Shown here: positions 10,020 through 23,157 of the stretch, piece by piece
Position numbering within the stretch: the first letter of the stretch is position 1
Layout: the number at the start of each line of letters is the position of its first letter
NCBI GenBank assembly: GCA_010093995.1
Contig: ML992508.1
Location: 778,506-842,505, forward strand
Length of the DNA stretch: 64,000 nt
Reading direction: 5' to 3'
Origin: Elsinoe ampelina
Taxonomy: Eukaryota
Translations under genes and position numbers: made by a program
The notes under the pieces: model-generated
The model's database searches: none
The model's input: the letters and a program-made list of their open reading frames with translations, nothing else
Told to the model about the DNA's origin: nothing

Positions 10020-12621
10020 TCACACCTCCCTACTCCCCCTCCTAATCTCCTCCTTCAACCCCTTCAACCTCTCATGCATCCTCCACACCCTCTCCACCTC
10101 CTCCCTCTCCGCCCTATCCCCCAACGCCGTCACCCTCGCATGCAACTTGATGTACTTGGGGTACAGCACGGTGCGGAACCGCTCCGCGTCCTCGATGGCT
10201 TTTTCCCAGCCGTACTTCCCCAACGGGTCCGAGGAGCTAGACGCAGTCGAGGGCGAGTACGAGCCGTTGGCTGCTGGTTGGGAGAGGCTGGTCAGGGGAA
10301 TGTGGGAGGGGGGGGATTGCGAGGAGACGCTGGTGCGGGCGGTGGTGGTGCGGCTGGCGGAGGAACTGGCGGAGTTGGTGGAGGCGGATTCGGTGCGGCG
10401 GTGTTTGGGGTAGTGGGTGTGCGGGAGGGGGGAGGCGTCGGGGGCTTTGCGCTTGGGTGGGGAGGGGGGTTTGCGGGGGGTTTCGGTGGTGGAGATGGGT
10501 TTGGCGGAGGCAGGGGTGGATTTCTTGGGTGGTGCCTTGTGTTCGGATGGGGGCAGGGGGGCGGAGGACTTGTTGGGCGTGGCTGTACCGTTGGTCTTGA
10601 CTGCTTTACGGGGCCGTTCGCGGTCGGAGTCGTCGGCTGGGGCGGTGCGCTTCTTGGGGGGCTCGGCGCGGGCGGTGGTGGTGGCCTTCTTGATGAGCGA
10701 GGGAGAGCGCTCGTGGTTGCCAAACATGGAGGGGGTGGCGTTGGCCATGGTGGTGCGGCCCAGCGGCGAAGGGTTCTTCGGCTTGGTCGTGTCCGCCTTG
10801 CGAGGACTTAGCTGGGGCTTTGCAGCAGGCTTGTCGCCGGCGCGTTTCTCAACCCGTTCAGTCGGTGTCTCCTTGCGCGCTTCAGTCTTTGCCTTGGTAT
10901 CACCCGAAGGCAAAGGCGTAGCGGCGCCTTTGGAGGCAGCGACCTTTTGGGGAGAATCGCGCTTCATGGCGGTGTTTGTTGAAACAGCCTGCTTTGGAGC
11001 CGAGGGCTTCAGTGTCGAGTCCTTGGCGTTCTTGACCAGCGATGAGTCCTTGAGAGGCTTCCCGTCGCTCGAAGAAGTGCTCTGAGGTGAGGGAGCGTCT
11101 CGCGCTGCTGGCTGAGCTCGCGCCTTGATGATGTGTGCATCCTTGCCTTCACTGGCACTTTCGTCGTCCGAGCTATGGACGATCTCATCCGACTTGAACT
11201 TGGAGGGAGGTTGCTTTTTGGTCGACGTCGTAGTTTTAGGTCCTTTGGCAGCTGCAGTGCCTTGGGAGCTGTTGACCTTTGATTCCTTCTCCTTTCTCCT
11301 TGCCTCTTTTGCCTCCTCTGCCGCTCGAGCTTTCTGAGACTCCTTGAGACGCTTCTCAATCGACATGGTCTTTCCAGGTGCCGAGGCTGTGCGTGACATT
11401 GGTGTCGACGAGGGCTTAGGAGTGAGCCGCCCATTGGCCTTGCTATCCGTGTCCGAAGCTACCGCGAGCGGGCTCGAAGCACCAGGTGGGCTCAACCTGT
11501 CCTTTGCAACGGTGAGGTGGTTGCCACTTTGATTGTTGTTCCCGTGAAGTCGTGACAACAGCTTGCCTTTGCCTCGTTCTCCTTGCGGGAGTAGCATTTG
11601 CCAGAGCTTGTCGTCCTTGCCAAGTCTTATCCTGTCAAACGCTCGAACACTGTTATCGATAGCCTTGTCCCTCAACTCGGACTGCCCTCTCCAATTGAAT
11701 TCCCAGATGTCTAGATCCTTATATGATCGGTCCTTCAACTTCCACTTCTTACTCGATGTATCAAACTCGGCATGCTTTTGGAGAACAAGGGGAATGTCTG
11801 CTGGGGGTATCTTTGTGGTCTTGTGTATCGTATGTTCGTCTTTTGGATCGCTCGCAAGGAAATGTAGGACGGCCGGCGTCAATGCTTTCAACCTCTCTCT
11901 TCTGACTTGCTCGTTTGGTGGAGCAGAGGTGGGTGCGGATAGATGCTTGGTTGCTCCGAGGGACGGGCTATGTTGTGAACCAGATCGTGGGACGAAGCGA
12001 TCTGAAAGTATACGATTCCGCTTCGCTACTTGAGGGTCTGCAAACACACTGTTACTGATGGTGGCTCTGTTCAATGTCAGTAGTGTCTCCATGATAGGCA
12101 TGTGAGATCAGCGTACTGGTTGGCCTGCTTGTCGTGGGCAACAGAAGCGAGGTTCTGCTTGAGAGCTGCAAGAGCATTATCGGTACCAGCGGTATCTTGA
12201 GCCATGATCGAGGAAGACTGGGTAAGACTGGCTCGTTGAGTGACCGAAGCGATATACTCGAGGCTGTCGTGTGAGGGATCATTGGTGTAAAGTTCATGTG
12301 TAAACTTCTCGGGCTCCACTTGGAGGTCAATAGACTTTGGGCCATATTGAATCCTCTATTATGGTATGTCAGTCTCAAATTGTTCCGGTCTGTATTGTCA
12401 AAGGAGTATTGTGTAGCAACACCTACCGGAGCACGTCCTGCCAGCAGACGAACCGCCTTCCCGCTCTTTGCACATTCCTGTAGGTCTTGAATTATTTGTC
12501 GGTTGACCTTGAGTACGACGGCAGATCTCTTGATTGTTGACTCTTTGCTGGAATGTCTGTAGGGTTCCGCTGGCCATCCTATGAGTGGCAGTCCAGCAGA
12601 AGGGATGTGGAGGGCAGCCAT
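10020..12621 (-). CDS. RNA polymerase II elongation factor ELL-like protein, 3 exons (introns 12356-12426, 12067-12116)
   Basis: Spliced ORF with winged-helix-like block LDIWEFNW...AIDNSVRAFDRIRLGKDDKLWQMLLP, a long low-complexity linker and an occludin/ELL-like C-terminus (AERFRTVLYPKYIKLH...MHERLKGLKEEI). Canonical splice signals. Confidence 0.75.
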
Positions 12622-14997
12622 GCCTGGCCAGAGGCCTGCTTCGACACAGAGCAGGGACAGCGAGACTCGGCGTTCATTCGAATGTCATGCAATTTGGTGA
12701 TTCTCGGAAAGGATGTAGTGGAAGTAGGGTATGTTCAGTGGACTGGTCGAGGTCGTTCAGGTCGTCAAATGTATCGTATCCTGGTACGGCTCGGGGACAA
12801 AGAGAAGGTTGGGAGCAATCACATCATGGCGAGGAGACGAGAAATTGGTCTGTACTCGGTAGTGGCCAGACTACGCGCAAAGTAGCACAAGTACGAGAGG
12901 GTGAGGTAAGAATAGGAAGTGGTGGTGAGAGAGTAAGAATCACGAGGGTGTGCAGGTGGTGGAACAGGCACACAAGCGGCGGATGATGGCAACGGACCCG
13001 AGTGCTTGTGTCGACGCCAGATGAGCCGTGGAGATCAGCACTTGGACGCTGCAGATGCAAGGTTCGAGCCGAGTAATTGGACCACGAGGGAGCTTGGTTT
13101 GCTGCTCTAACCTTGTCCGACAGTAGCGTGCTTTTGCCTGGCAGGGCAGTCCTCATGAACCCGAATCGAACACGCAGTGCACCACGGAACAATTGTCCGA
13201 TTCGCCCTAGGCACGCTGCACTGCTGCAGGTATTTTGCAAGACGCAAGCCGGTTGCGTTGTCGATTGGCTTGGACTTTTCAGACGTCAAAAAGGATCGTC
13301 CGTCAGAGAATCATTGACGGGTGAGGATCCAACGGCTTCTATTCTTCGGGCTACATGTTTGGCGGCTTTGGCCACCTTCTGCTTCGCTGGGGGTCCTTGT
13401 GGTTTGTGCATAGACATACCTCTTCAAAGTGTAGGGCAGAACAGCCAACATTGTCCCGTCCTCATCCTATCACTATCACCGTCTGACCACATCTCCCCCT
13501 CCATCTGCCCAGGTATCCTGCCCGGCATCGCGAAGGGGAGGATCTTGTTCGCTTGCAAATGCCCGGATCTGCCTTCCGTCCCGAGCCACAGCCCTTTGTC
13601 CCGGCCCAATCTAGCCTAGTCCGTCCGTGCGAAACCGTCGATTGGGTCTCTGTTCGAGCCAACAAATGGAACATGGACATGCTCTCTGCCAACGCGAGAC
13701 GGTCATGCTCTGTGCCTGTCTTTGCCTTGTCGAGGCCATGTTTAGATACGAGCCAGCTGATAACTGTCCTCAAGCCTGACACGTACACCGCTGTAAACCG
13801 CTCATCCACATTCCACCCCCTCCTCGCGTGACAACAGGACAAGGTTTCGATAACCCCAGACGAGGCAGGTCGACTTGGCGAGTGGAATGTGGCTTGCGCG
13901 GGCACACACATCATGCATGCGTCTGCATTAACTTATCCTTCTTTCCAAGCTTCTGTCTTCCACGCACCTCGGACGCCAATGGTGAGTGACGCGGGGCTTT
14001 TCCCCTCCAGTGTCTCATTCGACATCGGTAATTCGGGTCTGAACAGCAAAGGTGTGACAGCCTTTAGAGTCAACTGCCATTTGTGCCTGAATCTATCCCA
14101 TGCAGGTCCACGAACCGAGGGACTTCGGAGTGATGCGGGCGGTGATGAAAGGGTTAATACAGTAGATAATAGACGAGGTATATGCAGTTCCGAGCGTGGG
14201 CTATTGGTGGAGCACTGCCTTCCGTTTGGCGGCATGTGGAATAGACTGGCTAGCAGGGTAATCGAATCTGCCGGGACCTGCTTCTGCTTCGGCTTCACGC
14301 TTCGGCTTGAGCTGCTATTGCTGCTGTTCCTGCTTCACCACTTGCTTCAAGTCTTCTTTGCCCTGTCCCTGTCATCGTCTCAGGGCACAAATGTATGGTA
14401 CTTGTGGCGTGTTGAAATAACTGCTTGCGGGGAGCACAGACAAAGCATCCGTTGTCGCGGTGGTAAGTATTTTTGGGGCCTGGACTCCACTTCATTGCAC
14501 GTTCCCCGATTGTTGTCCTCCGAGTGCTGAGTGACCACCCGCTGGTCCCTGAGTCCGTCACAGAAATTCTCCCCTACCCTTTCTTCCAGCAAGTGAGCGG
14601 CTAATGACCGTTGCGTAAAGCCCTGTCCGTCATTCCGGTTGGACTACCTCAGGTCCTCTACCGCTCCGTCGAGGGGCTCTCGCAACGTCTAGAAAAAGTG
14701 GTAGAGATGGAGCCATGCCCTACTTGGGCCACGTGCGGAAGATGGTCCGGTCGGTTTGAGTATGTACAAGCTTGATATTCGCAAAGCTGCCCTGTCGTAG
14801 CAGAGTCTCTAGAACTGCCTAAAGTGGTATCTCCGGGGGAATCAACCAAGACCTTCCCTCCTTGGTCGTAGCATCCTGTGTCTTCGCATATCTTCATCAT
14901 ACCCAGAACGCCAACATGCTTGTCTTGAGCATGTCACACCCATGTACCGGACCGTAATAAGCAAGAAAGAAGAGGGTAGTGCCACCAATACCCGCGA

Positions 14998-16605
14998 CTA
15001 CAAGCTCCCGCCGCTGTCTTGCTTGACCAGTCCCGGCGTGCTCATCATACTGCTGTTGGCCCCGGGTGTCTGCCCAGGTGTTTGTCCACTCCCGTTGTCT
15101 ACCCCTGTCCGCTTCTTCTCTTTCTTTGCCCATCTAAGACCACATGCATTGCATAGGGTCTTTGGACCCTTTGGACCCTTTCTCCATTCCGGGCTGTCAA
15201 GCGTGCCACAGTCGGCGCATACGTACTCGTCTGCGACCTTGAGCTTTTTCTTCTTCTCCTTGCCACCATCTCGGTCGCGATCAAGCAGGATGGCTATTCC
15301 CGCGTCGCCACGGATCAGCGCCGGTGATGTGTCGCCTGTTGAGATACCATGACTTCGTTCACCATCACGATACCGTAGACCTGTGAGCATCTCGATGGTC
15401 TCGAGGTGATTCGACCCTTCGTATCTTGACATCTTATCCGCGATGCTATCCGGACGTTGACTCGACAGAGCCGAGTCGAGATTTTGGCGCGTAAGAGCTG
15501 TGTTTGATATTGGTGGCTTTGCTGGTGGAGGCATTCCTTGGTAGTTTGGCGTCCGGCCGGTGTCTGGATTCGTCGATGTCAAGCCATGACCATCTGACAT
15601 GGGTGTCGACTCGTTCCGTTGTGATGCACTTTGTGCCTGCCATTGTCTCTCTTGCGCTTCATTCTCTTCAGCCTCTTCCTTCTTCAATTCTTCTATGCGC
15701 TTCATGAGTCGCTCATTCTCGATCTTGTGTTCCAGAAATGAATCTAGCAAGGCGGCATTTCGTGTTGGGTACGGCCGTGCCATCATGAAGAAACCTCGGC
15801 AGAACCCAGTCGTTGGTGCCATGGACGGCGATTGGTTCATTCCCATTCCGTTGAAGCCTATAGTCGGGGTCTCGGACGAGATGTGCGGGTGTCCATCGCA
15901 TTCGAAAATGACATATGTCCCATCGTCCTTCTTGAACCGGTAGAAGAAGCGTAACGCGTTTGCAGACGCGATTGACTCGTTGAACTCGCGCATGAAAATA
16001 CCACTGTCGTCGGGATGTACAAAGTCTCCCATGAACTTGCCTATCAAGTCCCCTGGCTCATACCCAGTGATGCTCTTGCATGATGGCGACACATACAGTA
16101 TCCGACCATCAGGTGTGAGAATGTGTAAAAAGTCCTTCAGCTCCTCTATCACTCTTTGCGACCAGTTCCTCCTCTTTGTAAAGTCGGTCAAGGTACTGCT
16201 CGAGGCAGGGGGCCCCATACCAAACCCAGTCGGTAAAGGCCCTGCGCCGACGCCGGAAGCAAGATTACCATCATCTTGGCCCATGAGCTCTGCTGTGTTG
16301 TTGGTCTCATTCGAGTTCTGCTGTGGCATGGAAGGCATGCCGGTCAAATGGTCAAAATTGGCGTCGGTCAGACTCGTGTCAAAGTCTAGGTCCATGGGCA
16401 TCATATCTCCGTCAAGCCCTGCCATGAGGTCGGTCCCATCGTGGAGCATATCCGGCATGGTCATGCCACCGACCATCTGCACGTCAAGTCAGTCCTATTC
16501 GGCCCACATGCGAAAGCAAGGCGGCAGCAGGATCGTGCCATCGAATGTTCCAAACCCTGCGCGACTCACATTCTGGGCTGGGGAAATATCCGAAAGAGGG
16601 TCCAT
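14998..16605 (-). CDS. wc-2: White collar-2 (PAS plus GATA zinc finger) transcription factor; exon 1 16605-16570, intron 16477-16569
   Basis: [36 protein letters not shown] domain; [36 protein letters not shown] finger; first exon [12 protein letters not shown] followed by a GTGAGT donor. Confidence 0.95.
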
Positions 16606-16967
16606 ATTGGACGGCGGACCAGGTACGAGCTGGCGCGATCAACGATGTGAGGGAGTGGTGTGACCTGTGGACCTCTGCGGCCGTGTGCGCTCGTTGTCGC
16701 CGGGCGTCGGAGTGCAAAAAGGTTGTCTCGCGATCGTAGAATACTGCGGCATCTGTCGTTTGTCGATGTCGATTGCGGTGACGACGGGCTGGGGGTCTGG
16801 TGTTTGACTTTCCGCTCGCCGTGCGTCACTGCTGCGGATGCTGACTGACAACTGCCCACCTCACCAGTTTGCACAGACCAGCCTTGCCAGGTCACTGACA
16901 GGAAGAGCTGCGATTCGATCGGCGATGATCCGAAAGGGTCCTGATGGACGGAAATAGCTGTACAATA

Positions 16968-17331
16968 CAGTGACTTCTTTATATAGCGTTAGCTTCGTGA
17001 CTAGCGTAGATACCGCTGTAGACAGATTATCGTTGTGATGAACACGGGCTTGGCGCTCGGCCCCGCCCCGGAATGCCGCATTAGGAAGTCCGTAATTTAT
17101 CGTGCTTGATTCTGTCAAGGCTTGGCATTTATACTAAGCCATTTCAGGCTAAGCTTAATGCCTCCCCTATACAAAAAGTAGCCCTTTATAGCGATATTTA
17201 GCATAGTTTCTTAACGTAACGCAGTAAGGAGAAAACCTTATTTTACTATGTAAAATAAACGGTAAGACCGCCTCCTACCGCAATAGGCAGATTATCGCTG
17301 TGTCCGTTAACGCAATAAAAGGAAGTCACTG
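16968..17331. mobile_element. MITE / non-autonomous Tc1-mariner-like element, 364 bp
   Basis: Terminal inverted repeats CAGTGACTTCTTTATATAGCGTTA and TAACGCAATAAAAGGAAGTCACTG (21/24 match), flanked by TA on both sides (16966-67, 17332-33). Interior is AT/TpA-rich and non-coding. Confidence 0.75.
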
Positions 17332-17643
17332 TAGAAGCTTGCGTGCGTTTGGAACATGTGAAGGTGTCGTTGTTTCCTCCAGCGAGCTGTGATGGTCCTT
17401 GCCCTCTCTGCTCTGTCGCAATCTTGTGATTGGTTCGAGGTGGAGTAAAGTGGTTGCAGACCGATCACGTGTTGTCGTGTTTCGGCCCGTTCTTCCTAGC
17501 GTTCACATCACGTTTGTCTGCCTGCAGAGCTGCAGCTCATGCAACCACATTTTCCAAGTGAATGCTTCCGTCTTCTTTCTTTACGTCCATGACACCTTTT
17601 CTTTCACACACGTAGTCGACCTTGTTTGAGGGATAAAGTCAAG

Positions 17644-20600
17644 ATGTAAGTATATTGGTGAAACACTTGCTACGGCAGCTAACAGAGCATCAGGTGTATG
17701 GTCACTCCGCAATGCTCTATCAAAAGTATACTGCTGACCCCACCACAGCTAAGATTGACAAGCTGTCCATCTTGGGGTATGGATCCACTACTGTTATGGA
17801 TGAACTTGACTGACCATTGTCCAGCATCAGATCCTTCAGTCCCAAGACCTGTGAGGTCATTGAGTTCTTGACGCCACTCACACTCATCGTCGGCTTCAAC
17901 GGATCCGGCAAGACGGTCTGTACTTTCACGAGCCCGAAAGGCACCAATACTCATCTTTGTAGACCATCATCGAATGCCTCAAATATGCCACCACTGGTGA
18001 AATGCCTGAAGGGGCAAAGGTCGGCGGCGCCTGGATTCACGATCCCAAGGTACGATGATAAGAAGTCACGGCATGGAAACAAGCTAATGATCGTGGCAGC
18101 TCACTGGAGAACGGGACACTCTCGGTCAAGTCCGCTTGTCCTTCCGTAACGGCAGGGGAGAACGCATGATCCTCAACCGCAATGTCCAACTCACAGTCAC
18201 CCGCACCAGCCGATCTTTCAAAGCTCTGGAGACAACCCTTGTTCACAAAAAAGCCAACGGCGAGCGTGAATCTCTGTCATCAAAGGTCGGTCAGATCAAC
18301 GAGCTTGTGCCAGATCTCCTGGGCGTGTCCAAGGCAGTTCTGGAGAACGTCATCTTCTGCCACCAAGAGAACAGTCTGTGGCCCATGATGGCCCCCAATG
18401 ACCTCAAGAAAAAGTTTGACGACATCTTCGAGGCTGTCAAGTATACACAAGCTGTCGACAACATCAAGAAGATCCGCAAGGAATACGCCGACAACCTCAA
18501 GACTTTGAGGGTCATTGAGGCCAACGCAAAGGAATACAAGGACAAGGGTGCCAAGGTGAGTATGGGAAATCACGACATTTTGCAACCACTCATGTTTTCC
18601 AGGTCGAGAAAGATACCCACGATCTCACTGCACAGATCGACGAACTTCGCGACCAGGTCACCCAGCTCGATGATGAAAAGACTGAGACTGAGAAGCGCCT
18701 CAATGAGTGCTACGACAGAATCTCTCAGCTCAGCACCCTCCACGGCGATCTCCGCGGCAAGCGCATCATGCTGGAAACCAAGCAGGAGAACATGGAAAAG
18801 TTGAAGCGCAACATCAAGATCCTGCCGGAGCCTGACGCAGAACTTCAGAAAATGCTGGACGACTTTGCCGGTCGTGTCTCTGACCTGGAGTCACAGGTCG
18901 ACTCCCACAGGAAGAAGTACACAGAACTCCAGTCGCAGATTCAAAAGACTCGCAATGCACTCAGCAACAAGGAGCGTGAGCTGGGCTCACTGACCGCCCA
19001 AAAGGATAACTACGAGCGACAAGTCGAGGTTCGCGAGAAGCTAGTCAAGGAGATCGCCCGCAGTCACAACATTCGCGGCTACGATCTTGACATCAGTGAG
19101 GACCAAGTTGCAGAGTTCAAGAGCAAGATGAATGGCATCAAGAGGACTCAGACACAAGCTCTCCAGGAGGCTCGCCGCAAGACCAATGAGGAACTCCAGA
19201 ATGCCCAAGCTACTCTGTCAGGGATCAACGAGAGGAAGACCGGCTACGTTCAACGTAAGGAAAGTGCCAACTCTACCATCGCCGCCAACAACAAGAGGAT
19301 TACCTCTTTGCAGTCCGAGTACGACAACATTGAGGTTGATGAAGGCGCGAAGGCGACACTCGAATTGTCCATCACGGATGCAGAAGAGCGTCTGGCGAAG
19401 AACAAGACAAGCTTCGACAGGGCTGGCTGGGACAACAAGATCCAGCAGATCAACAGCGAGCTCAGCGACCTTGATGACGAGAAGGACAAGCTAGATGCAG
19501 AGCTGGCAGAAGGTGCCAAACGTGCTGGCGAGGTTGCCCGTCTTGAGTATCTGCACAAGGAGGTCAAGGATGGAGAGACCAGCTTGAAGACCATGGCCAG
19601 CACTCATGGCAACAAGATCAAGAAGATCATCAACTCAAGCTGGGATATCTCACGCATCGCTGACCTGGAAGTTGAATTCCAGAACACTCTTTCCACGAAG
19701 ACATCGAGCTTGACAGAGGCTGAGCGTCAACGTGATGGCGTGGGCAACGAGCTGTTACAACTCAACAGCAAGCTTCGAGACTGTCGTAAGAATCTCAAAA
19801 AGAAGACCGAACAGGCTGGAAATCTTAAGGACACGATCGAAAAGGCCCTTGAAGAAGACATCAGCCAGTTTGACGAAGAACTGTCCAAGCTTGAGGAGGA
19901 GGCGGAGACGGTCATGGGGAATAAATCGTCTTCCGAAGCCATGATCAATTACTTCAAGAGCGCAATCAAGAGTGCCAAAGATCACTCCACCTGCCGCCTC
20001 TGTACTCGTGGCTTCGACAAGCACTCCGCACAGCTGGAAGATTTCATCAAGCGCTTGCAGAACAATATCGACAAGACAGCGGGCAACAATGCCAAGCAGG
20101 ACGCAGAAGACCTGCAGTCAGAGCTCAAATCGCTTCGTGCTTTAATTCCGTCACACGAGACTTGGAAGCGCCTAGCCAACAACGAGATCCCAACCCTTGA
20201 GCAGGAGGAGAAGTCGCTGCAGGCGAAGAAGGATCAGCTTGACACCGAGATTGAGTCTTATGATGCTACCGTTGCGGAGCGCCAAAGCGAGGTCGGCGAC
20301 GTTCAGTCTTTGACCAACACCATCAAGAGCATGACCAAGTATCATGCCGACAAGGTCGCCCACGAGCGTCAGATCAAAGAGCTCGAAGCCAAGCAGACTC
20401 ATTCCGGCCAATCTCGAACCCTCGATCAGATCAATGAGTCGATCAAGTCAATTACCGAAAAGGTTCGTGCTGTCAAGGTCAATCTCGGCAAAACCACTGG
20501 CGACCGCGACAAGGCGCGCGCTGCAATCAACAACCTCGAGCTCGAACTACGTGATCTCCGCTCAAAGCTGGAGGGCACTTCATACAAGCTCAAAGAGCGC

Positions 20601-21909
20601 GAAGCCATCGGTCGTCAAATTGGCGAGCTGAGAGCCTCGATCACGGAGCAGCGTGAGGTATACAAGTCGGCGGACGAGCAGCTGAAGTCTCTCGCTCCAG
20701 AGCTCGGTCAGGCTCAAGCTGCTTATGACGAAGTCTCTCGTCAAGGTTCGGAGAAGGACAGCCAGCTTCGCGAGACCATTGCCGCTCTCGACAGCAGTCT
20801 GAATCGCCTTTCGGTATCCGAACAAGAGATCAACGCATACATCGATCGTGATGGTCCAGCTCAGCTTCATCGAACACAGTACTCAATCGACAGCATGAAG
20901 AACGAGCTGCAGTCCTTGGATCAGAAGGTCAACCAGATCACCCGCGACGTCAAGAATATCGAGAACCAACTCCGGAACAACGAGGACACCAAGCGCAGTA
21001 TCGGCGACAACCTCGACCTTCGTCGCGATGAACGTGACATTGAAGCGGTTACTGCAGAGATCAGGAACCTGGAGAGTCACAATGTCGAAGGTGAAAGAGA
21101 CCGCTGGGATCGTGAATGCAAGCACTATGAGAACGAACGCCTCAAGGTCAACGCGGAGCTGAACAAGCTTGTCGGTCAATTGCAGGAGAAGGACAGTCGC
21201 CTACAGAAGAACATCGAAGACTGGGAGACCGACTACAAAGATGCCGCCTACAAGTACAAGGAAGCTCACATTCGTGTCGAGACAACCAAGGCTGCCGTGG
21301 AGGATCTTGGTCGCTATGGAGGTGCTTTGGAGAATGCCGTCATGAAGTACCACACGCTCAAGATGGAAGAAGTCAATCGCATCATCGATGAGCTTTGGCG
21401 TCGCACCTACCAAGGCACCGACGTCGACACCATTGTCATCAAGTCCGAGAACGAATCACAGAAGGGTGGAAAGAGCTACAAATACCGCGTCTGCATGGTC
21501 AAGCAGGACGCCGAGATGGACATGCGTGGTCGCTGCTCTGCCGGTCAGAAGGTGTTGGCCAGTATCATCATTCGTCTCGCCCTGGCAGAGTGCTTTGGCG
21601 TCAACTGTGGTCTCATTGCCCTTGACGAGCCAACCACCAATCTGGACCGCGACAACATTCAAGCTCTTGCTCGCGCTCTTTCCGAGATCATCCGCGTCCG
21701 TCGTCAGCAGAGCAACTTTCAGCTCATCGTCATCACTCACGACGAGGAATTCTTGCGCTATATGCAGTGCTCCGACTACGCCGATGAGTACTATCGCGTC
21801 AGCCGTGATGCGAACCAGGACACGGAGATCACAAGACAGAGCATCAACTACGTGAGTACTTTCGCTGACATGGATGAACAAGACTGACATGATACAGGTC
21901 ATGACCTAG
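17644..21909 (+). CDS. RAD50: DNA repair protein Rad50; introns 17646-17693, 17696-17748, 17777-17824, 17916-17962, 18050-18099, 18556-18602, 21852-21897
   Basis: Spliced N-terminus [15 protein letters not shown]; Walker [22 protein letters not shown]-loop IFCHQE; zinc hook CRLC; signature CSAGQK; Walker [20 protein letters not shown]. Confidence 0.97.
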
Positions 21910-22166
21910 ACATGAGTGAGACAGACGACGACGTTCCATTTAGCATATTTAGAATAAGCATAGCTTTGCGGCCGCCATCTATGGTGGGCTTTTGCGGTGT
22001 TACCAAAGGATCTTGGGACTGGCGTTGATGCGACGGGAAAAGCATAGCGAGGCGCGCATGATAGCTTAGAGATACCCAATGGTCTTTTCGATTGCTTGAC
22101 TGAACTTGGGACGCCCTTTCAATTATGTTTCATGAGACCCTTCTTGTGTGCATGGTCGTCTCATTT

Positions 22167-22192
22167 ACGCGTCGTTTTCGCGTCGTGATTGG
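22167..22192 (+). promoter_or_regulatory. Putative MCB-like cell-cycle elements plus an inverted CCAAT box upstream of the APC/C E2 gene
   Basis: ACGCGT (22167-72), TTTCGCGT (22176-83) and ATTGG clustered about 350 bp upstream of the ATG; motif match only. Confidence 0.3.
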
Positions 22193-22526
22193 TCGTGAGC
22201 TTTTCGCAGCCGTTTCCCCGCCAAAGTTGTTTGCACCCAGCAACGACGATTACCTCATCCTCATTCCAACAAAGTCAGCCGCCTCGAACTTCGTCCTCCT
22301 GATAAATTTACCTGCCTGAGCTCTTTCATATATTGCACACAATATCTCAGGCTCGATACAACTATCCTGTACATTTTCTCAACACACCCAAAGTCTGCCT
22401 GCTTCACTGCTAGGTCTTCTCACCCACCACTCGAGCTTCCCGGTCACACGACAGTCCAGCTCCACATCCAACCCGGCCTGCTACCCGCATCCCTCAATCT
22501 TCCTCTCCGATACAACCAGCTTGAAA

Positions 22527-23157
22527 ATGGCCAACGCTACTGCCATCATGACAGCCACCAACCCTTCCAGCCCCCAGCGCACCGGCGCCAAAGACAGCGG
22601 CAACATCATGAAGCGGTCCGTCCTCCTCTCTCCCTCTTCCCTTCCCCTTCTAATCCTACTCCAGCCTGCAATCCGAACTCATGACCCTCATGACCTCCCC
22701 TCCTCCAGGGTGCTCCGCATTCCCCCACAACGGCGACATGCTCCACTGGGACGCCACCCTCCTCGGGCCTGAAGGCACCCCCTACGCTGGCCTGACACTC
22801 AAGCTCTCCTTTGAGTTTCCCGCTCGTTATCCTTTCGTGCCGCCCGAGGTGCGCTTCATCACGCCTATTTACCACCCGAATTTTGATTTCAAGGGGAGGA
22901 TTTGTCTGGATATTCTGAAGGACAAGTGGAGTGCGGTGTTGAATGTGGGAACGGTGTTGATCAGTCTGCAGAGTCTGTTGGGGGAGCCAAATAAGTGAGT
23001 ATCTGTGATCGTGAAGGGATGAGAGAAGATGCTGACCAGAGACAGCGCAAGTCCATTGAATGGACAGGCGGCTGAATTGTGGGATAGTGATATGGAGGAG
23101 TTCAAGAGGCAGGTGTTGGCCAGACACAGGGATATTGTTGATGGGGAGGAGGCATAG
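22527..23157 (+). CDS. UBC11: Ubiquitin-conjugating enzyme E2-C (UbcH10/Ubc11 type); introns 22616-22664, 22995-23045
   Basis: KRLQSELMTLMTSPPPGCSAFP...[54 protein letters not shown]; N-terminal extension typical of E2-C. Confidence 0.88.

Noticed and set aside
10074..11085. Gly/Val-rich and Pro-rich ORFs overlapping ELL
   Set aside because: Shadow frames produced by the low-complexity, skewed ELL coding sequence.
13077..14592. ORFs of 120-213 aa on both strands between ELL and wc-2
   Set aside because: Mostly non-ATG starts, no domains, no convincing splice chain or codon bias; treated as intergenic or UTR sequence.
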